Assembly: GCA_963716725.1 (NCBI GenBank)
Contig: CAVQUB010000034.1
Coordinates: 64,001 to 128,000, forward strand
Source of the DNA: an uncultured delta proteobacterium
GTDB lineage: Bacteria; Myxococcota_A; Polyangia; Polyangiales; Polyangiaceae
Reading direction: 5' to 3'
DNA length: 64,000 nt
Of this stretch, positions 9,583-19,579 are shown piece after piece (position 1 is the stretch's first letter; the number at the start of each line of letters is the position of its first letter). Under the pieces are notes generated by a model. The model searched no databases, was not told the DNA's origin, and worked only from the letters and a program-made list of their open reading frames with translations. Made by a program: the position numbers and the translations under genes.

Positions 9583-11729
9583 GCGGCCGCCTTCTCCCGC
9601 CCAACGCGCGACATCAGGCGCGACGCCACGAAGAGCAGCAGGAAGATCAGCACCGCGTAGGCCGCGGCGTAGCCGTACTGCGCCTGGCGCGTGAAGGCCC
9701 AGCGGTAGGCCTCGCTCACCAGGATGTCGGTGGTGCCGTCGGGCTCGCCGCCCGAGACGAGGAACACGACGTTGAACATGTTGAAGGTCCAGATGGCGCC
9801 GAGCAGCACCGCGGGCAGCATGGTCGGCACCACCATCGGCAGGGTGACCCTCCAGAGCCGCTGCCAGCGGGTCGCGCCGTCGACCTCGGCGGCCTCGAGC
9901 ACCTCCTTCGGGATCGAGGTCAGCGCGCCGAGCGTGACCACCATCATGAACGGGAAGCCGAGCCACACGTTGGTGGCGAGGTTGGCGGTGAACGCCGTCG
10001 AGAAGTGCGCCAACCACGAGAACGGCTCGACACCCAGCGCCTCGACGATGGCGCTCACCGCACCGAACTGCCGATTGAACATGCCCTTCCACGCCAGCGC
10101 CGTCACGTAGGACGGCACGGCCCATGGGATGATGAGCAACACGCGATACACCGGCTTGAGCGACAGGCTAGGGCGCGACAATAGCAACCCCAGCCCGAAG
10201 CCGATGCCGACGTGCAAGGCGAGATTGGCGACGGTCCAGAGCAGGGTGACGATCAGCACCAGGTAAAACGATCCGCTCGTGAGCAGCGGCCCGCCGCGGG
10301 CCGTCAGGATCTCGACGAAGTTCGCGAGCCCCACGTAGTACATGTCGCCCGTTTGGCCTGCGAAGAGCGACGTGCCGGCGCCGACGACGATGGGCAAGAT
10401 CACCAGCGCGCCCACGCCGATCACGGCGTGAACGACCCAGCCGTAAGCGGGAAGCGATCGGCGCAGCGCAGGGCCGAGCTCACCGCCCCGCAGGCGCGCG
10501 TACAACCAGAAGGCACCGCCCAGGCTCAGCGCGCCGAGCAGCAGCAGCGCGCCGCGTGGCGATCGCCGCGGCGGCGGCGGCCGCACCACGTCGTCGAAGC
10601 GGCGCGCGGCCTCGGTGAGCGCGGCGTCCGGAGCCACGGTCCCGGACAACACCTTCTTGAGGGCGCGCTCGGCCGGCTCCCAGGTCGTGCGCATGCGCGG
10701 CGACGAGGGCATGGGCACGGCGATGGCAGCCTGGGCGGCAAACGCCGCCAAGAACGCATCGTCGCGGGCGCTGGGCGGCAGCACGCTGCGCGCCACCACC
10801 TGGCGGCCGACCCGCGCGCGGATGTCCGCGCCCGCCTCGCCAGCGATGAACGCAAGCAAGCGCTGGGCGCTGGCGCTGTCACGCCCGCGCGGCGTGAGCG
10901 AGGCGGCCTCGACGGTCAAGAACGGACGCATCGGAGCGCCGGCGGCCTCGACCTTGGGCAGCGGCACAACCCGATACTTCAGGCTTGGCCCGACGTCGCT
11001 GGCGAACCACGGCCCGCTGATCGCGGTGGCCGCCTTGCCGGTCTTGAACAGCTCGCCGACCACCGCTCCCGAGGCCTCTTCGGGCACGACCCCCGCGCGC
11101 ATCAAGCGCTGCACGAGCTCCAGGGATCGCACGCCGGCCTCGCCGCGAAACCCGAAGCTCTCGTCGGGCGCCAGCTGCGCTCCGCCAAAGGCGTGCAGCA
11201 GCGCCGCGTGGAAGTACATGTTGCGCGTCTCGTAGGCGAGCGGCACGACGCCCGCGGGCAGCTGCAACCGCCCCAAGCCCTCGAGCGTGGGCGGCACCTC
11301 CGCGACCAGGGATTCGTTGACGTAGAGCGCCAGACACTTGAGCGCGAGCGGCAGGCCGCGCAGACCCGCGGGCGAGGTCAGCGCTTCGAGCGCGCGATCA
11401 GGGAACTCACCCGACCCGGCGAAATTCCGCGGGATCACCGCGACGACCCCGCGCTCCTCGAGATCGCCGATGCGCTCGTGGGAGTCGATGAACAAATGCG
11501 GCCCGTGCCCCCGCGGAACCGCCGCCGTCAGCTTGGCGGCGTAGGCGTCGTGGGGCACTTGCAGCGCCTCGACCTTCACGCCCTCTCGCTTCCCGAACTC
11601 AGCGAGCACCTGTTCGAGCGCGGTCTTCTCGTCGCCGCGGTAGGCATGCCAGACCGCGAGGGTCTCCTCTGCCCGCGCGCTCGACGCCACGCTCAGGAAG
11701 AGCAGTAGCAGCAGCAGGATCCGCTTCAT
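9579..11729 (-). CDS. Fusion of maltodextrin-binding protein (MalE-like) and ABC permease (MalF-like)
   Basis: Signal peptide MKRILLLL..ARA; SBP motifs GHGPHLFI and AISGPWF; then TM helices and EAA motif EAAEVDGA in one frame. ATGA overlap with the SDR stop codon. Confidence 0.88.
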   Translation of the reverse strand: MKRILLLLLLFLSVASSARAEETLAVWHAYRGDEKTALEQVLAEFGKREGVKVEALQVPHDAYAAKLTAAVPRGHGPHLFIDSHERIGDLEERGVVAVIPRNFAGSGEFPDRALEALTSPAGLRGLPLALKCLALYVNESLVAEVPPTLEGLGRLQLPAGVVPLAYETRNMYFHAALLHAFGGAQLAPDESFGFRGEAGVRSLELVQRLMRAGVVPEEASGAVVGELFKTGKAATAISGPWFASDVGPSLKYRVVPLPKVEAAGAPMRPFLTVEAASLTPRGRDSASAQRLLAFIAGEAGADIRARVGRQVVARSVLPPSARDDAFLAAFAAQAAIAVPMPSSPRMRTTWEPAERALKKVLSGTVAPDAALTEAARRFDDVVRPPPPRRSPRGALLLLGALSLGGAFWLYARLRGGELGPALRRSLPAYGWVVHAVIGVGALVILPIVVGAGTSLFAGQTGDMYYVGLANFVEILTARGGPLLTSGSFYLVLIVTLLWTVANLALHVGIGFGLGLLLSRPSLSLKPVYRVLLIIPWAVPSYVTALAWKGMFNRQFGAVSAIVEALGVEPFSWLAHFSTAFTANLATNVWLGFPFMMVVTLGALTSIPKEVLEAAEVDGATRWQRLWRVTLPMVVPTMLPAVLLGAIWTFNMFNVVFLVSGGEPDGTTDILVSEAYRWAFTRQAQYGYAAAYAVLIFLLLFVASRLMSRVGREKAAA

Positions 11730-12523
11730 TTCGCGCGGCCCGAACGCTTCATGGCGGCAGAGAGAAAGGAGGTCACGAGCCCTCGCGGAGCAAACTTGCT
11801 GAGCACGCTCTGGACTCGGTTGACCGCTCCCGGAACGAAGACCGCGTCGCCCGTGGCGTAGGCAGCGATCGCCCGCTCGGCGGTCTCTTGGGCGCTCATC
11901 GCGGCGATGCGCTCCACCCCGGGCTCGATGCGAGCGGCAGCCTGGAAGCCAGTGGGCACCGGCCCCGGGCACAGCGCCGTGATGGTCACACCGCTGCCCT
12001 CGACCTCCTTGGCTAGCGCTGCCGAGAAGCTCAAGACAAATGCCTTGGTCGCGCCGTACACCGCCATGTACGGCATGGGCTGGAAGGCCGCGGTCGACGC
12101 CACGTTGAGCACTCCGCCGCGACGCCTTTCGATCATCGCCGGCAAGAAATGGCGCGCGAGCACCACTACCGCCTCGCAGTTGAGCCGCACCATCTCGTCG
12201 AGTTTGGGTGCGTCGCTGCGCGCAAAGGCTCCGGCGTCACCGAAGCCAGCGTTGTTCACCAGGTGATCGATGGGCACGCCCAGCGCGTCCACGTCGGCAG
12301 CCAAGCTCTCGGCCCCGCCCGGTCGGGCGAGATCCGCCACCACCACCAGCACCCCAACGCGGCTCTTCTCACTGATCTCACTGGCCAGGGCGTCGAGCTT
12401 GTCCTTCGAACGCGCGGTGAGCACCAGGCTGGCTCCGCGGGCCGCGAGCTGTCGGGCGAGCTCGGCGCCGATGCCCGACGAAGCACCGGTGACGAGGGCG
12501 CGAGTTCCAAAGAAGCCTTCCAT
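11726..12523 (-). CDS. Short-chain dehydrogenase/reductase
   Basis: TGASSGIG, NNAG, YGATK. Confidence 0.93.
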   Translation of the reverse strand: MEGFFGTRALVTGASSGIGAELARQLAARGASLVLTARSKDKLDALASEISEKSRVGVLVVVADLARPGGAESLAADVDALGVPIDHLVNNAGFGDAGAFARSDAPKLDEMVRLNCEAVVVLARHFLPAMIERRRGGVLNVASTAAFQPMPYMAVYGATKAFVLSFSAALAKEVEGSGVTITALCPGPVPTGFQAAARIEPGVERIAAMSAQETAERAIAAYATGDAVFVPGAVNRVQSVLSKFAPRGLVTSFLSAAMKRSGRAK

Positions 12524-12527
12524 CTGC

Positions 12528-13631
12528 TCACTCGTCCGTGTTCCAGAGCGCGCGCCCGCTCTCGCGATCGAAGACGTGCACGTGGTCGGCCGCGATGCCC
12601 AGGGCGAGCTCGAAGCCGCGGGCCGGCCGCGACGCTCCGGGCAAACGCGCCACGAACTCGGATCCTCCGACGCGACAGTGAGCGAATGACTCGGTGCCCA
12701 GGGCTTCGAGCACCTCGACGACCGCGCGGATCTCTCCGGCGCTCTCCTCGCCTAGCTCCTCGGGCGGCGCTACGTCATGCGGGCGAAGTCCCAGCACGAC
12801 CTTACCGCCTCGGGGTGAGTCGCCCAGCGAGCCGGCTCCGAGCCGCAAGCTGACGCCCGGAGCGCTGAGGACCCAGCGGCCCGCCTGCTGCTCGAGCTCG
12901 GCGTCGATGAAGTTCATGGCGGGGCTGCCCAAGAAGGCCGCCACGAAGCGCGTGGCTGGCCGCGCGTACACCTCGAGCGGCGGCCCGGACTGCTCCACGC
13001 GGCCCTTGTTGAGCACGAAGATGCGGTCGGCGAGCGTCATGGCTTCGACTTGATCGTGGGTGACGTACACGCTGGTCGCGCCAATGCGGTCGTGCAGCTT
13101 GCGTATGTCGACCCGCACCTGGGCGCGCAGCGCCGCGTCGAGGTTCGACAGCGGCTCGTCGAAGAGAAAGACCTGAGCGCGGCGCACGATGGCCCGACCC
13201 ATGGCGACACGCTGCCGTTGCCCGCCCGAGAGCTGACGCGGAAAGCGCGCGAGCAGCTGCCCCAAGCCGAGCATCTCGCTGGCCTCGGCGATACGCTTCT
13301 CGATCTCGTCCTTGGCCGTCTTGCGGAGCTCGAGCCCAAAGGCGAGATTGTCGCGCACGGTCAGGTGCGGGTAGAGCGCGTACGACTGAAAGACCATGGC
13401 GATGTCGCGGTCGCGCGGCGCCAGCCGGGTGACGTCCTTGTCGCCGAAGCGGATGCTGCCCCCATCGGTCTCTTCGAGGCCGGCGATGAGCCGGAGCAGC
13501 GTGGACTTGCCGCAGCCGGAGGGTCCAACCAACACCGCGAAGCCTCCATCCGGCACGTCGATATCCACCCCGGACAAGACGCGGGTCTGCCCAAAGTGCT
13601 TCTCGACGCCGCGAATCGTCACGGAGGCCAC
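12528..13631 (-). CDS. malK: Sugar ABC transporter ATP-binding protein (MalK/UgpC family)
   Basis: GPSGCGKST, FQSYALYPH, LSGGQRQR, DEPLSNLD, TOBE-like tail. GTG 13631 inferred as start. Confidence 0.92.
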   Translation of the reverse strand: MASVTIRGVEKHFGQTRVLSGVDIDVPDGGFAVLVGPSGCGKSTLLRLIAGLEETDGGSIRFGDKDVTRLAPRDRDIAMVFQSYALYPHLTVRDNLAFGLELRKTAKDEIEKRIAEASEMLGLGQLLARFPRQLSGGQRQRVAMGRAIVRRAQVFLFDEPLSNLDAALRAQVRVDIRKLHDRIGATSVYVTHDQVEAMTLADRIFVLNKGRVEQSGPPLEVYARPATRFVAAFLGSPAMNFIDAELEQQAGRWVLSAPGVSLRLGAGSLGDSPRGGKVVLGLRPHDVAPPEELGEESAGEIRAVVEVLEALGTESFAHCRVGGSEFVARLPGASRPARGFELALGIAADHVHVFDRESGRALWNTDE

Positions 13632-13708
13632 GGGAGGTGGACGATATAGGAAATCGCTCCGCGTTAGGAGCTTGCCCATCGGCGGCGCCAAGGCTAACGG
13701 AGCCGAAG

Positions 13709-14473
13709 ATGCCCACCTACCGGCTGATCACGCTGGGGCCGAGTCACTACTGTGAGAAGGCTCGCTGGGCGCTCGAGCGCTGTCGGGTCCCCTTCGAAGA
13801 AGAGCCCCACGTCCCCCTCGCGCACTCGATCTTCACGCGTCGGGCCGGTGGGCGTCGCACGGTCCCGGTCTTGGTGACCGACAGCGGGACCTTCGCGGAC
13901 TCGACGGACATCTTGGAGCTCTGCGATCGCCAAGTGAGCGGCGCGCTCTACGGCAGCGGCGAAGCGCGCCGTCAAGCCCGCGATCTCGAGGAGCACTTCG
14001 ACGAGAAGCTCGGTCCTCACAGCCGGCGCCTGGTGTACTTCCACCTGCTCGGGGACAAGGCCCTGATGCTGAGCGCATTCCAACCGGGCGCGAGTCGCGC
14101 CGAGCAGACCGCATTGAGCGTCGGCTTCGCTCCGCTGACCGCCCTCATGCGAAAGAGCATGAAGATCGATCGCGAAGGCGCGGCGCGTTCCCGCGACTAC
14201 TCGCTCGCCATCTTTCGGGAGGTGGGCGCGCGCATGTCCGATGGCCGCCGCTACCTCACCGGCGATCGCTTCACCGCGGCCGATCTGACCTTCGCCGCCC
14301 TGGCGGCGCCGCTGGTGCTGCCGCCCGAATACGGCTGGCCGCTACCCGCCCTCGATCGTCTCGCCGCCGGCATGCAGTCCGAGGTCCGCCACTTCCGCGA
14401 CACGGTCGGAGGCGAGCTCGTGCTGCGTCTCTATCGCGAAGACCGCAAGCAAGTCATCGCCATCGGTGGCTGA
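13709..14473 (+). CDS. Glutathione S-transferase family protein
   Basis: SHYCEKARWAL, TVPVL, DSTDI, GDRFTAADL. Confidence 0.88.
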   Translation: MPTYRLITLGPSHYCEKARWALERCRVPFEEEPHVPLAHSIFTRRAGGRRTVPVLVTDSGTFADSTDILELCDRQVSGALYGSGEARRQARDLEEHFDEKLGPHSRRLVYFHLLGDKALMLSAFQPGASRAEQTALSVGFAPLTALMRKSMKIDREGAARSRDYSLAIFREVGARMSDGRRYLTGDRFTAADLTFAALAAPLVLPPEYGWPLPALDRLAAGMQSEVRHFRDTVGGELVLRLYREDRKQVIAIGG

Positions 14474-14485
14474 CGACGCCTCGCC

Positions 14486-15571
14486 TCAGCGCCCGATCGA
14501 TTGCTGCCTGAGCCAGTGGTCCGCCAAGACGATGGCCATCATGGCCTCGGCGACGGGCACGAAGCGCGGCAGCAGACAGGGATCGTGGCGCCCGGTGGTC
14601 CGAATCGTGGTCGGCTCGCCCGCGCGATTCACGGTCGCCTGCTCCCGCGGCAGGCTGCTGGTGGGCTTGAGCGCGGCGCGCAGCACGATGGGCATCCCGC
14701 TCGAGATCCCGCCCAGCATGCCGCCGTGCCGATTGCTCGCGGTCGCGACGCGGTCGCCGTTCGCGACGAACAGGTCGTTGTGCTCGCTGCCGCGCAGCGT
14801 CGCCGCCGCAAAGCCCGAGCCGTATTCGACGCCGACCACCGCGGGGATCGAGAACAGCGCTTTGGCGAAGTCCGCCTTCAGCTTGTCGAAGACCGGCTCG
14901 CCGAGCCCGGCGGGAACGCCGGTGGCCACCAGCTCGGCCACGCCGCCGATGGAGTCCTGGTCCTTGCGCACCGCCTCGATCAACGCCTGCATCCTCGACG
15001 CCGCCGCCGGGTCGGGACAGCGCACGGCGTTCGACTCGACGGCTTCGAGGCTGACGCTCGCGGGGTCGTCGACAGTCGCAACCACGTCGCCGACCCGCAC
15101 CACGTAGCCGATCACCCGCCCGCCAAACGCCGTGGCGCAGAGCTTCTTGGCGATGGCGCCGGCCGCCACCCGCGCCACCGTCTCGCGCGCGCTGGCGCGC
15201 CCGCCGCCGCGATGATCGCGGACGCCGTACTTGGCGTCGTAGGTGTAGTCGGCGTGACCCGGCCGGTACTTGTCGCGGATCGCGTCGTAGTCCTCGCTCT
15301 TCTGATCTTGGTTGCGGATCAAAACGGCGATGGGCGTGCCCGTGGTCACGCCCTCGAACACGCCGGACAAGATTTCGGGCTCGTCGGCCTCGAGTCGCTG
15401 CGAGACGATGCGGCTTTGGCCGGGCCGCCGCCGCGCGAGATCGACCCTGAGGTCCTCGACGTCGAGCGGCAGCCCCGGCGGGCAGCCGTCGACGATCACC
15501 ACGTTGGCGGGACCGTGGGACTCGCCGGCGGTGGTGACGACGAAGCGCTCTCCGATGCTATTGCCAGACAC
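14486..15571 (-). CDS. aroC: Chorismate synthase
   Basis: GESHG, RPGHAD, GGRASARET, KPTSS, GRHDPC. GTG 15571 inferred as start. Confidence 0.96.
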   Translation of the reverse strand: MSGNSIGERFVVTTAGESHGPANVVIVDGCPPGLPLDVEDLRVDLARRRPGQSRIVSQRLEADEPEILSGVFEGVTTGTPIAVLIRNQDQKSEDYDAIRDKYRPGHADYTYDAKYGVRDHRGGGRASARETVARVAAGAIAKKLCATAFGGRVIGYVVRVGDVVATVDDPASVSLEAVESNAVRCPDPAAASRMQALIEAVRKDQDSIGGVAELVATGVPAGLGEPVFDKLKADFAKALFSIPAVVGVEYGSGFAAATLRGSEHNDLFVANGDRVATASNRHGGMLGGISSGMPIVLRAALKPTSSLPREQATVNRAGEPTTIRTTGRHDPCLLPRFVPVAEAMMAIVLADHWLRQQSIGR

Positions 15572-15647
15572 CGGCGCCGAGCATAGGGCCCAACCTGCGC
15601 GGTTGCCAACGCGCCCGACCTCTCCCGACGTGTGGCATAATGGCAGC

Positions 15648-15854
15648 GTGAAGCCGGAAGCGCTGACCGCCCAAGAACTGGCGTGGCTCGAGGCCGACGA
15701 GGCCCTCTGGCGGCGCGCACACGCGATCGTCGAACGGCATCCGGCGCTCGACCTGACGGACGTGTACCACACGCTCAAGAATTTCCAGCGCACGCCCGCC
15801 CAGCGCCTGCAGCGAGGACTCGCCTATGGCCGAGCTGGCGCTCAGCGAACCTGA
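15648..15854 (+). CDS. Small 68-aa protein, putative antitoxin partner of the downstream NTase
   Basis: MKPEALTAQELAWLEADEALWRRAHAIVERHP..RTPAQRLQRG; extended -10 TGGCATAAT 6 nt before GTG; overlaps the NTase start. Confidence 0.65.
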   Translation: MKPEALTAQELAWLEADEALWRRAHAIVERHPALDLTDVYHTLKNFQRTPAQRLQRGLAYGRAGAQRT

Positions 15855-16308
15855 GCGCCGGCTGCTGCAGGAGCTGAACCAGCGCGGCGTCCGCTATCTG
15901 GTGGTGGGCATGAGTGCGGCACTGCTCCAAGGCGCGCGCGGTCTTACCGAAGACATCGACTTGTGGTTCGAAGACCTGTCCGATTTGCAGATCGGCGACG
16001 CGGTCCGCGCCGCCGGTGGGATCTGGGCGTCGGGGTCGTTTGGAATGCGTCCTCCAGCAATCGGCGGTGACGCACTGGAGGATCGTTTCGACGTGGTCAC
16101 CCACTGCCACGGGCTGGCGGATTTCATCGTTGAGCTCGAGTCGGCGGTCTCCGTCAGCGTGGAAGGCGTAGAGCTGAAGTTGCTTCCTCTGGAGCGCATC
16201 GTAGCGAGCAAGCGTGCAGCGAACCGTCCGAAGGACGTGGCCGCATTGCCCGCGCTCGAGACGGCCCTCGCGGTCAGGCGGGAGCTCGAGCTGAACGCCG
16301 AGACCTGA
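15826..16308 (+). CDS. Nucleotidyltransferase (AbiEii/DUF1814/DUF6036-like)
   Basis: YLVVGMSAALLQG..TEDIDL (G..A..T.D.D) and IVASKRAANRPKD motifs. Confidence 0.8.
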   Translation: MAELALSEPERRLLQELNQRGVRYLVVGMSAALLQGARGLTEDIDLWFEDLSDLQIGDAVRAAGGIWASGSFGMRPPAIGGDALEDRFDVVTHCHGLADFIVELESAVSVSVEGVELKLLPLERIVASKRAANRPKDVAALPALETALAVRRELELNAET

Positions 16309-16378
16309 TCTCGCTCACGCCACAGCGCCGACACGCGGCATAGGGCCGCACCAAAGTTCGTGCTAGAGGGTCCGCGTC

Positions 16379-17542
16379 ATGACCCACCCCGCACTGACCC
16401 AGTTGTCCGAAGAAGAGCGCATGTTCAAAGACGCCGTGCTCGCGTTCGCGCGCGAGCGGGTCGCGCCCAAGGTCCACGAGATGGACCGCGCCGGCGCGGT
16501 CGACAAGTCGTTGATCTCAGGACTCTTCGAGCTGGGCGTGATGGCCGTGGAGGTGCCAAGCGAGTACGGCGGCGCCGAGAGCTCGTTCTTCAACGCCATC
16601 CTCGCGGTCGAGGCCCTCGCCATCGTCGATCCGAGCATCTCGGTGTTCGTGGACGTGCAGAACACGCTGGTGAACAACTGCATCCTGCGTTGGGGCAACC
16701 CCGAGCAGAAGCAGCGCACCTTGCCCAAGATGGCCAGCGAGTGGGTCGGCTCCTACGCTCTCAGCGAAGCGGGCTCGGGCTCCGACGCCTTTGCGCTCAA
16801 GACCAAGGCCGAAAAGCGCGGCGACAAGTGGCTGCTCAACGGCAAGAAGCTCTGGATCACCAACGGCGCCGAGAGCTCGCTTTTCATTGTCTTCGCCAAC
16901 ACCGACTTCAGCAAAGGCTACAAGGGCATCACCGCCTTCTTGGTCGAGCGCGATCAGAAGGGCTTCAGCGTCGGCAAGAAGGAAGACAAGCTCGGCATTC
17001 GCGCCTCCAGCACCACCGAGCTCGTGCTCGAAGACTGCGAGGTCGGCCCGGAGAACGTCTTGGGCGACGTCGGCGTCGGCTACAAGATCGCCATCGAGAC
17101 CCTCAACGAGGGTCGCATCGGCATCGGCGCGCAGATGCTCGGCCTGGCAGAAGGCGCCCTCGACCACGCGATGAAGCACATGGTGGAGCGCAAGCAGTTC
17201 GGCAAATCCATCGCGGAGTTTCAGGGCATGGAGTTCCAGTACGCCCAGATGGCGACCGAGATCGAGGCCGCCAAGCTGATGGTCTACAACGCCGCGCGCC
17301 TGAAGGACGCCGGCCAACCCTTCGTCAAGGAAGCGGCCATGGCCAAGCTCTTGTCGTCCCAGGTGGCCGAGCGCAGCGCCAGCCTCGCCGTCGAGCTGAT
17401 GGGCGGCGTCGGCTTCACCAAGGAGTACCCGGTCGAGAAGCTGTTCCGCGACTCGAAGATCGGGAAGATCTACGAAGGCACCAGCAACATGCAGCTGGCG
17501 ACCATCGCCAAGATCGTGCGATCGGCCTACGCGAGCGGGTGA
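16379..17542 (+). CDS. Acyl-CoA dehydrogenase (short/branched-chain type)
   Basis: ALSEAGSGSDA, NGKKLWITNG, KLGIRAS, RKQFG, IYEGTSNMQ. Confidence 0.95.
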   Translation: MTHPALTQLSEEERMFKDAVLAFARERVAPKVHEMDRAGAVDKSLISGLFELGVMAVEVPSEYGGAESSFFNAILAVEALAIVDPSISVFVDVQNTLVNNCILRWGNPEQKQRTLPKMASEWVGSYALSEAGSGSDAFALKTKAEKRGDKWLLNGKKLWITNGAESSLFIVFANTDFSKGYKGITAFLVERDQKGFSVGKKEDKLGIRASSTTELVLEDCEVGPENVLGDVGVGYKIAIETLNEGRIGIGAQMLGLAEGALDHAMKHMVERKQFGKSIAEFQGMEFQYAQMATEIEAAKLMVYNAARLKDAGQPFVKEAAMAKLLSSQVAERSASLAVELMGGVGFTKEYPVEKLFRDSKIGKIYEGTSNMQLATIAKIVRSAYASG

Positions 17543-17717
17543 GCGGCGCGACGCGCGTGAAGAACAGCGGCCTCCTCGGCGGCGCGACGCGCCGCGGGTC
17601 GGGGTCTTCGCCGAGCCTACACAGAAAGCGCGTCGCCGTCCGGGCGGCCGAGGCGGCGAATCGCGGGTCAGCCGCGGCCTCCGCCAAGGTCCCAGCGATG
17701 GCGATGCCAGTCCTCCG

Positions 17718-18425
17718 TTAGAATTTGGGCGGGATCGAGCATTGTCTGGATTCGGTGCGCTTGAGCGCGAGTGTGTAGCGACGGCCGTCGAAGCGCCACT
17801 CCTCGACGGTGCTGCGCGGACAGCAAGCCTGCATGCAGCCATGGGGACCAGCCAAGTCGAACAGGCCCCCGTGCAGCTTGGTCAGCGGGTAGAGGTGGGA
17901 TTTCGTAACGATCTCTCCGACGAAGTGACCGCACTTCCCTCGCAGCACGTAGGCGTACGACCGGCGCGTCGTCACCCAAGCACCCCCATTGAGGATCAGA
18001 TCCGCGTTGCCGTCGCCGTCGAGATCCAGATCGGATGTCAACACGCTCACCCTGCCGCCGCCCCCCGGCGCGTCCGGGCCGAGGGCACTCAGCCGACGGT
18101 CGCCGTCGGTGATGGGATCGACGCAGGGACCGCTGGGTCGGAACGTAACTTTTCTCGGCGCGGGTGGCGTTTCCGCGGCGGCATCCCCGGCCGACGCGCT
18201 GGCCTCCGCACCGGCGTCGCTGCCGAGTACCGCGCCGGAGTCGGGCGTCGCTGCCGTCGCGTCCGGGGGATCGATCGGGGGGGACTCGGCGGGCGCGGCG
18301 GGTCGTGACGGGGGGCTCGGCGGCGGTGTCTCGATCGGTCCCTCCGTCGCGGCACACGACAGCAGGGTGAAGGTTAGTGAAAGCAGCGCTCGTGCACGCG
18401 TCACGGGGTCAAGGTGCACGGACAC
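17718..18425 (-). CDS. Hypothetical lipoprotein with Pro-rich linker and DLDLDGDGNADL Ca-binding-like loop
   Basis: Lipobox LLSC; several Cys; Dx[DN]xDG motif. Confidence 0.6.
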   Translation of the reverse strand: MSVHLDPVTRARALLSLTFTLLSCAATEGPIETPPPSPPSRPAAPAESPPIDPPDATAATPDSGAVLGSDAGAEASASAGDAAAETPPAPRKVTFRPSGPCVDPITDGDRRLSALGPDAPGGGGRVSVLTSDLDLDGDGNADLILNGGAWVTTRRSYAYVLRGKCGHFVGEIVTKSHLYPLTKLHGGLFDLAGPHGCMQACCPRSTVEEWRFDGRRYTLALKRTESRQCSIPPKF

Positions 18426-18586
18426 GCGGCATCAGTCCAGCGATCGCGGCCCGGACTTTGGCACGCCTTGCGGGCATGCCATGCCGGGGTACCGAGCGTG
18501 GACCACGGATTTTGCGTCGAGCTGCCAGGGGAGGTGGGGCGCGAAGTCGCCCCGCCCCGTGGGCATGACGCGGTGGGAGGTCGACG

Positions 18587-19450
18587 ATGAACGCGCCGGC
18601 GCTTGCGACAGCCATCGAAGGAATGGCCCGCCACCTGAACGCGGGCCTGGTGAACGAACCGGTGCAGGTGCTGCTGGTGCCGGAGGCGCGCTACCTGCGG
18701 CTGAGCGCCCGGTGGATCTCGGGGGAGCTCGCGGTCGACGCCTGCGTGGCGGCGACTCCCCACGATGCGGGGACCTGTCAGACGCTGCTGCGAGGCGATC
18801 CGGCGGCGGTGCGCCAGCAATTGGTGGCCGCCGGGCTGCTCGATCGCCTCGGCGGGCTTGCCCACGAGCTCATGCGATCCGCTGCGTGGACGGATCAGAT
18901 GCTCTTGCCCCGCGCTCATACGGCGCCCGGCCGACCCAGTGACGCCACGTTGAAGGCGCAACGGCTCGCGGTGCGCGAGGCGCTCGAGCGAGAGATCGCG
19001 CTGTCGCAGCCCTGGCAGATCAGCGTGTCACCACCGCTCCCAGAGGCGTGGCCAATGGTCCTGGGGGTGCAGTTGTCGAGTTATGCAACGGCAACGGCGA
19101 CGCGCTCGACCTCGAGCGGTCCGACCCTCTTCGAACACACGGAGCTGCTGGCCCGGGCCACCCACGATCCATCGTGCCAAGCCGCCCCGCAGGTGCGACG
19201 GCTCGCAGCCCAGGTCGGGTTGGCGGGTACCGCGAGCGCAGTTCCGCTGATGGGTTCGGAGCTCACTGCCGTCCAGGCGCTGCCGCCGTTGGACACCTGC
19301 TGGGCCGGCATCGCCCTCGGTATTCCCGACGCCGAGCTCCCGTCCACGCTGCGAACACACCTTCGATTTCAGAAGCGTTGCGCGGCGTGGCTTTGGGAGC
19401 GCCTGCGCCCGCTCCACCAGGATTTGTTCGCCTGGATCGAATCGGGCTAG
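18587..19450 (+). CDS. Hypothetical protein
   Basis: SD GGGAGG before ATG; plausible composition; no recognisable motif. Confidence 0.55.
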   Translation: MNAPALATAIEGMARHLNAGLVNEPVQVLLVPEARYLRLSARWISGELAVDACVAATPHDAGTCQTLLRGDPAAVRQQLVAAGLLDRLGGLAHELMRSAAWTDQMLLPRAHTAPGRPSDATLKAQRLAVREALEREIALSQPWQISVSPPLPEAWPMVLGVQLSSYATATATRSTSSGPTLFEHTELLARATHDPSCQAAPQVRRLAAQVGLAGTASAVPLMGSELTAVQALPPLDTCWAGIALGIPDAELPSTLRTHLRFQKRCAAWLWERLRPLHQDLFAWIESG

Positions 19451-19579
19451 CGCATCGATTCCGTGGAATCGGGGCACTGGGCGAGGCCAATGCAAACAGC
19501 TGGCAGGTCGTGGAGGGGCGCGCAGGATTGCCGATCGGGTGTTGGAGCGGCTCGCACGATGTGCTCGAGTGGGTTCGCG

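Noticed and set aside
18459..18471. Sigma54-like TGGCACGCCTTGC
   Set aside because: The GG-to-GC spacing is 2 nt too short for a -24/-12 promoter.
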